DNA of 64,000 nt from an uncultured Actinomycetota bacterium (GTDB lineage: Bacteria; Actinomycetota; Actinomycetes; Actinomycetales; CAWJMD01). Under the pieces are notes generated by a model that ran no database searches, was not told where the DNA came from, and worked only from the letters and a program-made list of their open reading frames with translations. This document shows positions 49,188-57,832 of the stretch, one piece after another. How positions within the stretch are numbered: position 1 is the first letter of the stretch; each line of letters begins with the position of its first letter. The stretch is from positions 1,983,695 to 2,047,694 of the forward strand of contig OY969553.1 in assembly GCA_963700925.1 (NCBI GenBank), given 5' to 3'. The position numbers and the translations under genes were made by a program.

Positions 49188-50533
49188 CGACCGGATTCTT
49201 GCAGCCGCGACGGCCGGATGTTCTGGTTCAGGTGGAAGACGTTCTCGGGGTCGTACGCGTCCTTCACCGCCGTGAGCCGCTCGAGCTTGCGCGGGGTGTA
49301 GGCACGTCCGATGCCGGCCACGCCCTCGTCGTTCAGGGCGTTGACGTAGGCGCCGGTCGCGAAGCGGTCGAGTCTCGCGGCGTGCCGCCTCGTGCCCCCG
49401 ATGCGGTCGTCGTCCTCGGCGGCGTCGGTCCAGCCGGTGGCAGCCACCACCTCGAAGGCGACGTCGCGGTGGCTGAAGGCCGTCGCGTCCGCCGGCACCT
49501 CGGCGATCGCCCCGCCATGGGCCTGCAGGCTGACGCGCGGCACGAAGGTGCCGGGCCCGGCGCCCGCTCCCTCACCGCCCAGCAGCACGTCGATCGCGTC
49601 GTCCGCCAGGTCACGCACGTAGATGCCCTTCCAGTACCTGCGCATCTCGTGACCGCGCTCCATGTCGTCGCGGGTCTGCAGGTCGACGTACGACGACTCG
49701 ACGACGCGCTCCGCGACCGGGCGTCCGAGCGCTCGCAGCGGCGGCAGCAGCTCGCGTCCGACGTCGGGGTCGCCGACCCACACGTAGCCGACGGTGACGA
49801 CGTCACCCTCGATGCCCGCGGCGAACGTCGCGGGGCGCGGGGCCGAGGAGTTCAGGTCGCCCCACCCCCGCAGTACCGGCGCGGCACGGTCGATCGGGAA
49901 GTCGAGCTCGACACTCAGCGTCTGCGGAGCGACCGGGTGCAGCCGGAACTCGAACTCGGTGACCACGCCGAAGTTGCCTCCTCCACCCCGCAAGGCCCAG
50001 TACAGGTCAGGGTGCTCAGACTCGCTGGCGCGCACCACGTCTCCCTCGGCGGTGACCACCTCGAACGAGATGACGTTGTCGCACGAGAGCCCGAACTGGC
50101 GCGCCAGCCAACCCATCCCGCCGCCGAGCGTGAGGCCGCCGACGCCCGTGTGGGACACGTTGCCGGCAGTGGTGGCGAGACCGTGCTCCTGGGAGGCGCG
50201 GTCGAGTGACCCGAGCATCGCGCCGCCCTGCACGCGTGCCCGTCGGCCCGCCGGGTCGACCTGGACGCCGCCCATCGGAGTCAGGTCGATCATCAGGCCG
50301 TCGTCGGGCACGGCGTGCCCCACCACGCTGTGGCCTCCGCACCGGATGCCGATCTCGAGGTCGGCCTCGCGCGCGGTGCGGATGGCTGTGACGACGTCTC
50401 GCACGCTGGCGCAGCGGAAGATCTGCCGCGGGCGCCGGTCGATCATGGCGTTCCAGATCGTTCGGGCGTCGTCGTAGCCCTCGTCGCCGGGACGCAGGAC
50501 CGTGCCGTCGATCTGCTGGGTGACCTCGCTCAT
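49184..50533 (-). CDS. FAD-binding oxidoreductase (BBE/VAO type)
   Basis: RCGGHS, TGVGGLTLGGG, WALRGGGGNFGVV, YDPENVFHLNQNI. Confidence 0.92.
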   Translation of the reverse strand: MSEVTQQIDGTVLRPGDEGYDDARTIWNAMIDRRPRQIFRCASVRDVVTAIRTAREADLEIGIRCGGHSVVGHAVPDDGLMIDLTPMGGVQVDPAGRRARVQGGAMLGSLDRASQEHGLATTAGNVSHTGVGGLTLGGGMGWLARQFGLSCDNVISFEVVTAEGDVVRASESEHPDLYWALRGGGGNFGVVTEFEFRLHPVAPQTLSVELDFPIDRAAPVLRGWGDLNSSAPRPATFAAGIEGDVVTVGYVWVGDPDVGRELLPPLRALGRPVAERVVESSYVDLQTRDDMERGHEMRRYWKGIYVRDLADDAIDVLLGGEGAGAGPGTFVPRVSLQAHGGAIAEVPADATAFSHRDVAFEVVAATGWTDAAEDDDRIGGTRRHAARLDRFATGAYVNALNDEGVAGIGRAYTPRKLERLTAVKDAYDPENVFHLNQNIRPSRLQESGR

Positions 50534-50583
50534 CAGGTGGGCTCCTTCACTCGTGTCCCGCATGCTGCCTCGCTGCACCGACA

Positions 50584-50614
50584 GGCAGACCCGTCGCGTG
50601 GCGCGAACTCATCG
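50584..50614 (-). promoter_or_regulatory. Putative SigG-type promoter for the FAD oxidoreductase
   Basis: CGATGA gttcgcgccacgcgacgg GTCTGCC (N18). Confidence 0.65.
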
Positions 50615-50632
50615 CCCGGACCGGACCGTGGC

Positions 50633-51067
50633 TCATTCGGACCTCCCGTCGACCGAGGCGACGAGCCGCTCGAGGGTCTTGAGGAACGCCTGGCGCTCGG
50701 TGGCGGGGAGGTCACGCAACACCTCGCGCTCCATCGCCCGGATGGCCGCCCGGCAGGCCGACAGCTGCGAGCGCCCGGCGTCGGTGAGGGCGACCACGCG
50801 GTTGCGCCGGTCGGCTGGGTCTGGCGTGCGCAGCACCAGGCCGCTTGCCTCGAGCCGGTCGAGGATGGGGATGAGTCGCGTCTTGTCGCGCCCGACGGCC
50901 GCCGCGAGCTGCGACTGGGTGGCTGCCGGGCCTGACGCGAGGCCGGAGAGCACGGCGTAGTCCCACATCTCCAGGTCGTGCCGGGCCAGCAGGGGCAACT
51001 CCTCGGCGATCAGTGCGCGCGTCAGCCGGTGCAGCATCGCCCCCAGGTCGGCGCGGTCCTGGCCCAT
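50633..51067 (-). CDS. MarR-family regulator
   Basis: TQSQLA..VGRDKTRL, PDPADRRNRVVALTDAG. Confidence 0.9.
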   Translation of the reverse strand: MGQDRADLGAMLHRLTRALIAEELPLLARHDLEMWDYAVLSGLASGPAATQSQLAAAVGRDKTRLIPILDRLEASGLVLRTPDPADRRNRVVALTDAGRSQLSACRAAIRAMEREVLRDLPATERQAFLKTLERLVASVDGRSE

Positions 51068-51083
51068 GGACGAACCGTACCCC

Positions 51084-51112
51084 TTGACCAATCGTCTACC
51101 AAGGTAGATGGT
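51084..51112. promoter_or_regulatory. Putative MarR operator/promoter
   Basis: TTGACC at 51084; dyad TCTACC-AA-GGTAGA at 51095-51108. Confidence 0.55.
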
Positions 51113-51118
51113 TAACAG

Positions 51119-51736
51119 ATGGAGACGACAACAGACCTACGCCCGCTGCATCGTCGCGCACTCGAGATGGCCGGAGCCGTTGTCTCGGAGGTGGAGTCGC
51201 GGCACCTCAGGCTGGCGACGCCCTGCGTCGGCTGGGACCTGCACCAGCTGCTCGGCCACATCATCGGCCAGAACCACGGCTTCGCCGATGCGGTGGGCGC
51301 GGTGGACGCGCCGCGCGAGGCCTTCGCCGACCGGCGGCCCGCTCCGGACGGCGTGCCCGAAGCATGGACCGAGTCGGCCGAGAAGCTGTCCGCCGCGTTC
51401 GAGGCCGCTCCCTTGGACCGCCAGGTCGTCCTCGCCGAGTTCAGCTTCGAATCCCGCTTCCCTGTGTCGGACGTCGTCGGGTTCCACCTGCTCGACACCG
51501 TGGTGCACGGGTGGGACGTCGCCACCGCCCTCGACCACCCCTTTCACCCCGACGACGACATGGTCGCCGAGACCCTCAAGGTGGCACGGCTCATCCCGGA
51601 CGGACGGCACCGTGAGCTGCCCGGGTCCCCGTTCGGCATCGTGATCCCGACTGCCGTCTCCGAGGCGGAGGAGACCGGGGACGACTGGGCCCTCGCGCTG
51701 GCCCTGCTCGGCCGTCACCTGACCTCGACCGACTGA
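51119..51736 (+). CDS. TIGR03086-like DinB/mycothiol-dependent isomerase-family protein
   Basis: TPCVGWDL.QLLGH, DTVVHGWDVA, ALLGR. Confidence 0.88.
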   Translation: METTTDLRPLHRRALEMAGAVVSEVESRHLRLATPCVGWDLHQLLGHIIGQNHGFADAVGAVDAPREAFADRRPAPDGVPEAWTESAEKLSAAFEAAPLDRQVVLAEFSFESRFPVSDVVGFHLLDTVVHGWDVATALDHPFHPDDDMVAETLKVARLIPDGRHRELPGSPFGIVIPTAVSEAEETGDDWALALALLGRHLTSTD

Positions 51737-51776
51737 TCCGCCGACTGATCCGCCGACTGATCCGCGGACTGACCCG
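51729..51776. repeat. 4 x 12-bp tandem repeat starting at the stop codon
   Basis: ccgactgatccg x3 + cggactgacccg. Confidence 0.9.
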
Positions 51777-51807
51777 CGCGCGAGCACTCAGCGGTCGTTC
51801 TCGCGCG

Positions 51808-52314
51808 TCAGTCGGCCAGCCGGAAGGCGAGCACGGTCTCCCACTTCTCCAGCTCGGACTCCTCGCTCGGGTCGGTCTCGTACTGCTCGATGCGGCACGC
51901 CCAGCGCCGTCCCTTGGGGGTGTCGGCCACGTCCCAGGTCAAGCCCTGCTCGGCGGCCCAGGTCATGATCGAGTCGCTCGCGCCGAGCAGTCCGTCGGGG
52001 TGCCCGACGTGGGTCAGCGTGACGTAGCGGCCGGCTGGCAGGACGCCGGAGAACACATCGCCGTCCCCGTCCACAGAGACAGAGACGGGAACGCCAGCCT
52101 CGACCTCCACCTCGTCCTCCATGTCGATGAGGTTGTACTTGAGGAACGGTGCACCGGCGGGCTCGACTCCGCGCTCGGAGAGCCAGCCGAACAGCTCGCC
52201 GAACCGGTCGGCGACCTCGCCGATGGTCTTCATCGTGACGGTCCCCTTGACCGCTACGTAGGGCTGTTCGTCTCGCTCGACGATGCTGGGCTCAGGGTGC
52301 CTAGATGTGTTCAT
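51808..52314 (-). CDS. GyrI-like small-molecule-binding protein
   Basis: ER.EQPYV, GAPFLKY, LPAGRY..H.GHP, E.YETDP, WET.LAF. Confidence 0.88.
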   Translation of the reverse strand: MNTSRHPEPSIVERDEQPYVAVKGTVTMKTIGEVADRFGELFGWLSERGVEPAGAPFLKYNLIDMEDEVEVEAGVPVSVSVDGDGDVFSGVLPAGRYVTLTHVGHPDGLLGASDSIMTWAAEQGLTWDVADTPKGRRWACRIEQYETDPSEESELEKWETVLAFRLAD

Positions 52315-52319
52315 TCCAG

Positions 52320-52350
52320 GGCAGACGGCTCGGGCACGAGAAACTCATCG
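52320..52350 (-). promoter_or_regulatory. Putative SigG-type promoter for the GyrI-like gene (probably leaderless)
   Basis: CGATGA gtttctcgtgcccgagcc GTCTGCC, 5 nt before the ATG. Confidence 0.65.
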
Positions 52351-52370
52351 GCGGCAGGCACAATCGGCGC

Positions 52371-52530
52371 GTGGCGATACCCGATCGAGTGCGCCTCGCA
52401 ACGCAATGCTCAGCACGTGGAGTCAGGGCGACTCGAGATCCGGCAGTCAGAGCTCGACACGATCGACGTGGAGCCCGCCACCTTCGACCTGGCGTTCTCG
52501 ATCAACGTCAACGTCTTCTGGACGAGGGAG
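52371..52530 (+). pseudogene. Class I SAM-methyltransferase remnant
   Basis: VAIPDR joined out of frame to RNAQHVESGR...FDLAFSINVNVFW; motif I absent. Confidence 0.55.
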
Positions 52531-53748
52531 CTACCACACCGACGGCGGCGGCTCCAGCGAGACGGCAGATCCGTTGCGGTAGACCGCCACGATGCGGTGG
52601 ATGGCGTCCGGCTCGGTGAGCGGGTCGCCGGCCACGGCCAACAGGTCGGCGTCGAATCCTGGCGCGATGCGCCCCTTGCGATCGCCGAGACCGCAGACTT
52701 CGGCGGCCACGGAGGTGACGGTGCGCAGCGCAGCCGCCCCGTCCATGCCCAGCTCGCGCAGCTGGGCCGGCGCGTACCGGCAGACGTACGGAGGCTTGAG
52801 CGGTGAGATTCCCGCGTCGGTGGCGGCGGCGATCCGGGCGCCGGCCTCGATCAGGCGCCGGCCATTGGCCAGCATCTGCGGGAGCCGCTGGAGGATCTCC
52901 GGCGGGGGAACGACGCCGTCCACAGGTACCAGTCCGACAGTGGCGCCGAGGACGACCTGCCGGTCGACGATCACGTCCACGAAATCGCCGGGGTCGTCGA
53001 CGCCGTCTGCCGACCAGAAGCTCACGTGCTCGATGCCATCGGTCCCTGCGTCAAGGGCGTCGCGGATTGACCCCGTCCCGTGCGCGTGGGCGGTGATCGG
53101 CAGGCCGTGCCGATGGGCTTCGTCGACCGCAGCGGCCAGGACATCGGCGGGGAACTGGGTCGCCTCCTGCCGGCTGCCCGGCGTCATGGTGCCGCCGCTG
53201 GCCATGATCTTGATGACGTCGACGCCGCGCTCGACGCGTTCGCGCACAGCGCTTCTCACACCCTCGACCGTGGGCTCGGTGCCGCCGCCGAGGAAGTGGC
53301 AGTGGCCGGCCGGGGTGGTGATCGGTGGTCCCGCAGCGAGAATCGTGGGCAGGTCGGGCCGGCCCCGCAGCACGAGCGAGAGGTAGCCGCGGTCACCGAG
53401 GTCCCTCACCGTGGTGACGCCTCCACTCAGTGCGCTCTGCGCGGCCCTGGTCGCGGCCGAGAGGGCTTCCTGCGGTGTGCGAGACGCGAGTGACTGGACC
53501 GGGTCGGCACTCGAGTCGAAGACAAGGTGCACATGAGTGTCGACCAGTCCCGGCATCAGTGTCGCACCGTCGAGATCCACGATCTGCGCGCCGTCAGGAG
53601 GCTCGACACCGTGTCCGACGGACACGATGGTCCCGCCGTCGACGACGACGACCGGGTCGGCGACGAGTGCGGAGGCCGTGCCGTCGAACAACCACTTCGC
53701 TCGCAGAGCGACCAGGCCGGGTCGCTCGGCGCCGCGCGTCCCGGTCAT
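52531..53748 (-). CDS. Metal-dependent amidohydrolase
   Basis: PGLVDTHVH, GVTTVRDLG, IKIMASGG, AHAHG, IEH, TDAG. Confidence 0.92.
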   Translation of the reverse strand: MTGTRGAERPGLVALRAKWLFDGTASALVADPVVVVDGGTIVSVGHGVEPPDGAQIVDLDGATLMPGLVDTHVHLVFDSSADPVQSLASRTPQEALSAATRAAQSALSGGVTTVRDLGDRGYLSLVLRGRPDLPTILAAGPPITTPAGHCHFLGGGTEPTVEGVRSAVRERVERGVDVIKIMASGGTMTPGSRQEATQFPADVLAAAVDEAHRHGLPITAHAHGTGSIRDALDAGTDGIEHVSFWSADGVDDPGDFVDVIVDRQVVLGATVGLVPVDGVVPPPEILQRLPQMLANGRRLIEAGARIAAATDAGISPLKPPYVCRYAPAQLRELGMDGAAALRTVTSVAAEVCGLGDRKGRIAPGFDADLLAVAGDPLTEPDAIHRIVAVYRNGSAVSLEPPPSVW

Positions 53749-53763
53749 CGCCGCATCCTCTCG

Positions 53764-54645
53764 TCAGCGAGAGCGGGCCGCGACCGCACGGATCACCTCG
53801 GCCAGCTCCGCGGGGTGCGTCATCACGGTGTTGTGGTTGGACGCGATGTCGACCAGCTGACGATCGGGGCCCGCGACCACGATGTGCTCGACGTCGCTGC
53901 GTCGCGCCGCGTAGAAGCCGTTGTCCGGCAGCACGATCGTGAGCGGGCAGGTGATGTGGTCGTAGACGTCGACGCTGGGATACACGGCGGCGGACGGGTC
54001 GCCAGTCGTGGTGACGGCGATCTCCTCGGTGCTCGGCCGTCGCCGGAGAACGCCTTCGGCCTCGGGCAGGAAGCTGCGGGTCGCCACGGCGCGGACGAGG
54101 GCGATGCTCGCGCCTGCCTCGAGCCAGTCGGTTGCCGAGTCACGGACCCTTTCGTCGATGTACGCCTGCACCTGCTCCTCGTCTGCACGCCACCCGTACC
54201 GGAAGGTGCGGTTGAGCTCGGCGACTGCTTCGGGCGTCCGAAAGCCTGCGTACACCGCGGCTGCGGTGTCGCGGTCGTCGAGCACCAACCCGTCAACGAC
54301 GCACAAGGCGGCGGGCGTGACGAGGCCGGCAGCGGTAGCGGCCGTGACCGCGTAGCCGCCGGTGGAGTGCCCCACCAGCACCGGGTGCTCCCATCCGAGA
54401 GCCTCCACGATCGTGCCGAGGTCCCGCCAGTACTGCTCGGCGGTGGCGGACTCCGCCGTACTGTGGCCATGGCCCCGCAGATCCACGGCGACGACCTCGT
54501 GCTCTGGAAGCAGGTAGGCGACGACCTCGTCCCACGCGGCGGCGTTGTGGCCGCTTCCATGCACCAGGAGTACCTGAGGGCCGCGCCCGCCGTGGTCCAC
54601 AACGGCCAGCTCGCCACCCTCGACGGGTACCAGCCTCTCCGCCAT
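53764..54645 (-). CDS. Alpha/beta hydrolase
   Basis: LVHG, DLRGHG, GHSTGG, terminal His. Confidence 0.88.
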   Translation of the reverse strand: MAERLVPVEGGELAVVDHGGRGPQVLLVHGSGHNAAAWDEVVAYLLPEHEVVAVDLRGHGHSTAESATAEQYWRDLGTIVEALGWEHPVLVGHSTGGYAVTAATAAGLVTPAALCVVDGLVLDDRDTAAAVYAGFRTPEAVAELNRTFRYGWRADEEQVQAYIDERVRDSATDWLEAGASIALVRAVATRSFLPEAEGVLRRRPSTEEIAVTTTGDPSAAVYPSVDVYDHITCPLTIVLPDNGFYAARRSDVEHIVVAGPDRQLVDIASNHNTVMTHPAELAEVIRAVAARSR

Positions 54646-54753
54646 GCACTTGAGCCTAACGGCCTGTTTCGGCCTGTAGGCAGGTGCGTCCGGCTGCTTC
54701 CAGGTCACACCGCACGCTGCTCTCCTGGGCCAGCGTGGAGATCCCCCTTCGGG

Positions 54754-56004
54754 TCATGTCGGGGCCAGCGGCTCGGATCGCTCGTCGGCGTGGGCGATGT
54801 GCGCGAGCTGGCGCCAGATCAGCACGACGAACACGGCGGAGCCGGCGAACGCGAACCAGAAGGGAGCCGTGAGGCCGAAGTGCTGGGCGAGCACCCCGCC
54901 GATCCCCGACCCGACCACCAGGCCACCGAAGACGCCGACGAGGTTGACGCTGCCTACACGTCCCTGCAGTTCCTGTGGCACCGCGCGCTGCCGGACGGTG
55001 ACGGACGTCGTCCCCCAGACGAATGCGTGTGCGCCGAAGACGAAGAAGACCGGCATCGCGACCCACGGGCTCGTGGTGAGGGCGAGCGCGAGGTGCGTCA
55101 GCGTCTCGATCACCAGGCCGATGCGCATCAGGTCACCCAGGCTCACCCTGCGCGTGATCCAGCCATAGCAGAAGGTGCCTGCGAGTCCGCCCACGGCGCT
55201 GACGGTGGTCACGAGGCCGAAGCCGATCTCCCCCAGGCCAAGTCGGCGCGTGGCGTAGAGAACGAGTACCGACCAGGCGGCCCCGAACGTGATGTTGAAG
55301 GTGAAGATCGTCAGCACCAGGGTGCGCACGGCCGCGTGGTGCAGCACCCATCGGAACCCCTCTGCGATGTCATGCCGCAGATGTGAGGTGCGCTCGGGGT
55401 CTCGGCCGTGTGGTGGCAGCGCGATGCGGGTGACGAGCACCGCGCCGAGGGCGACGACGACCGCCTGCGCCCCGAAGGCCCAGGCCGCGCCGATGGTGAA
55501 CAGCGCAGCCCCGATCGGTGGCCCCGCGAGCTGGTTCACCGTGATGAAGCCCGACTGCAAGCGGGAGTTGGCCACCGCCAGGTCGTTCCGGTGCACGAGC
55601 ATCGGCAACAGCGTCTGAGAGCTGTTGTCCGCGAAGACTTCTGCCGTGGCGAGCACGAACAGCGCAGCCAGCACCACGACGATGGATACCTGCTCGGTCA
55701 GGACGGCGACCGTCAGCACGGCGAGCACCACGGCACGTCCGAGGTCGACGCTCACCACGATGAGTCGGCGGTCCAGACGATCGGTCAGCGCTCCCGCGAC
55801 GAGGCCGAACAGCAGAGGCGGCAGCCACTGAACCGTTGCGGCGAGCGCCACCAGGAAGGCGTCGCGCGTCAGGGACGCGACGAGCAGCGGTCCGGCCGCG
55901 ATCGCGATGCCGTCGCCCAGGTTCGTCAACCACGACGAGGCGATCAGCCAGCGGAACCCGACCCCGAGCCGCGCGGGGACGAGGACTTCGGCGAGGCGGC
56001 TCAC
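54754..56004 (-). CDS. MFS transporter (DHA3/Tap-like)
   Basis: NLGDGI, GALTDRLDRR, QRAVPQELQGRV. Confidence 0.9.
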   Translation of the reverse strand: MSRLAEVLVPARLGVGFRWLIASSWLTNLGDGIAIAAGPLLVASLTRDAFLVALAATVQWLPPLLFGLVAGALTDRLDRRLIVVSVDLGRAVVLAVLTVAVLTEQVSIVVVLAALFVLATAEVFADNSSQTLLPMLVHRNDLAVANSRLQSGFITVNQLAGPPIGAALFTIGAAWAFGAQAVVVALGAVLVTRIALPPHGRDPERTSHLRHDIAEGFRWVLHHAAVRTLVLTIFTFNITFGAAWSVLVLYATRRLGLGEIGFGLVTTVSAVGGLAGTFCYGWITRRVSLGDLMRIGLVIETLTHLALALTTSPWVAMPVFFVFGAHAFVWGTTSVTVRQRAVPQELQGRVGSVNLVGVFGGLVVGSGIGGVLAQHFGLTAPFWFAFAGSAVFVVLIWRQLAHIAHADERSEPLAPT

Positions 56005-56075
56005 AAGGCGATCAGCCTAGACGCCGGTACGCCTACGGGACTGCTGGATTACGGTGCGGCGGACGGCGACGCGCG

Positions 56076-56435
56076 TCAGGGCAGTTTTCGGCGTCCGGCG
56101 AAACCGAGGTCGGCACGGTGGTACCAACCGAGCTCCCGGTCGCCTTCGAGCCAGCACAGCAGGACGTCCGCGCCGTCGAGCTCGCTCGGGAAGTCCAGCA
56201 GCAGGGGCGCCAGGCCCTTCAGCTCCGCGCCGCTGTCCTGCACGAGGGTCAGCAGCTCGTCCATCCGGGCCTGCGCCGCCTTGAGCTCGGGCAAGCCGCC
56301 CAGGGACGTCGGTGTTCCGCCGCGCGTGGCGGTGGCCAGCTCTGCCGCGCCGGCCCGAAGACCAACGATCTCGTCAAGGAGCGGCAGCAGTCGCTGCACC
56401 TCGGCGGCGGCCTCGTCGATCGTGAACGGAGGCAT
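56076..56435 (-). CDS. DUF2203-family protein
   Basis: FTIDEA, LLDFPS, LCWLEG, WYH...GFAGR. Confidence 0.85.
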   Translation of the reverse strand: MPPFTIDEAAAEVQRLLPLLDEIVGLRAGAAELATATRGGTPTSLGGLPELKAAQARMDELLTLVQDSGAELKGLAPLLLDFPSELDGADVLLCWLEGDRELGWYHRADLGFAGRRKLP

Positions 56436-56605
56436 GCACCCAGCGTCCCAGACCCGCTTGCTCGCCTCACCCACACGCCCCCTGTGACGGGCTCACGCAG
56501 CCCACACGATTCGGCGTGAACTGCGTGGGCTGGGTGAGCACTCCACAGGCGACATGTCGGTGAGATGAGCAACGGGGGGGTCGGACGTGTGGGGCGCCGG
56601 CTGGC

Positions 56606-56992
56606 TCAGGCCACGCAGAACTCGTTGCCCTCGGGGTCGAGCATCACGATGTGGCCGAGGTGCTCGCCGCCGTAGTAGTCCTCGCGCACGAATCTCGCCC
56701 CAGCAGCCACCAGCTCGTCGACCTTCGCGCGGATCAGCTGCTCTCGCTCGGCCATGTCCCAGGGCGGTTCGCCCGCTACGCGGATGTCGATGTGCAGGCG
56801 GTTCTTGGACGTCTTGGCCTCCGGCACCTTGAGGAACCCGATGGCCGGGCCCTTGCCGTCCGGGTCGATGATCGAAGCGCTTTCGTCGTCTCCGTATCCC
56901 GGCTCGTCCACGTACCCGAGCGCCTTCGCCCAGAAGGCAGCAAGCAGGCGCGGATCGGCAGCGTCGCCGCCGAGCGTCCAGTGTGTCGCCAT
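56606..56992 (-). CDS. VOC/glyoxalase-like protein
   Basis: LAAFW..ALGY, VPEAK..KNRLHID, DPEGNEFC. Confidence 0.9.
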   Translation of the reverse strand: MATHWTLGGDAADPRLLAAFWAKALGYVDEPGYGDDESASIIDPDGKGPAIGFLKVPEAKTSKNRLHIDIRVAGEPPWDMAEREQLIRAKVDELVAAGARFVREDYYGGEHLGHIVMLDPEGNEFCVA

Positions 56993-57022
56993 GCACGAGA
57001 GCCTATGCATGGCCGAACGCGG

Positions 57023-57832
57023 TCACACCTCCGCCGCTGCGTGCGTGGCGTAGGCCGACACCAACACGTCAGCCAGTTCGAGGAACCGTCCGAACGACAC
57101 GTCATCGACGGAGGCGATCGGCTGTGCAGGTGTCCACGAGTTCATGAACACGGCTGCGGCGTAGGCGTTCAACCCGTCCGCGCGGACAGGTGCAGCCCGC
57201 CAGGCCACGCCCAGCCGATCCAGGCCCTGCTGGACGAGTTGCTGGGTGATGCCGGGCAGCGAGGGGGCGGAGGGCCAGACCACAGTTCCGTCGGGCGCCT
57301 GCAGGGCCACGTTCCAGATCGACCCCTCGGACACCTCACCCGTTGGCGTGGTGAAGACGACGTCGTCGTATCCGTCCGATCTGGCTTGTCGCACATGCAG
57401 TGTCAGACCGAGGGTGTCGGCGTTCTTGACGTGCGGGAGGAAGCGTTCGAACGGCACGCTGCGCACCCGCATCGGTGGCGCGGCCCAGCTCACGAGTGGC
57501 GACGTGCGCACCAGCACCGAGGGCTCGACGGCCGCCCCGGACAGCAGCGCAGACCCGTCGGCCGTGAACAGCGTCATCTGCGCTGAGGCGTCGCCGTCAC
57601 CGTGCCGCAGGGCGTGACGCAACAGGCTGCGCAGGCGGTCCCGCGCCGGAGCCACCCCGAACAGCTCCTGCGCGCTCGTGGTCAGACGGTCGAGGTGCAG
57701 GTCCAGCCCGACCACCCGGCTCGCCCGTACCTGCATCGACGTGTAGTGCGCGTAGCCGCCGAAGGCGAGAGGGGCGAGCTGTTCGGCCGTCGCCGTCCGG
57801 CCGTCGATCTCCGTCACGAACACCCACGCCAC
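57023..57832 (-). CDS. Aminotransferase class IV family protein
   Basis: HYTSMQVR, HLDRL, LPHVK, SEGSIWN, LPGIT; start uncertain (57832/57817). Confidence 0.82.
   Translation of the reverse strand: MAWVFVTEIDGRTATAEQLAPLAFGGYAHYTSMQVRASRVVGLDLHLDRLTTSAQELFGVAPARDRLRSLLRHALRHGDGDASAQMTLFTADGSALLSGAAVEPSVLVRTSPLVSWAAPPMRVRSVPFERFLPHVKNADTLGLTLHVRQARSDGYDDVVFTTPTGEVSEGSIWNVALQAPDGTVVWPSAPSLPGITQQLVQQGLDRLGVAWRAAPVRADGLNAYAAAVFMNSWTPAQPIASVDDVSFGRFLELADVLVSAYATHAAAEV

Noticed and set aside
392-51776. Short tandem repeats as possible CRISPR arrays
   Set aside because: Units are 5-18 bp with no spacers, and no cas genes are present
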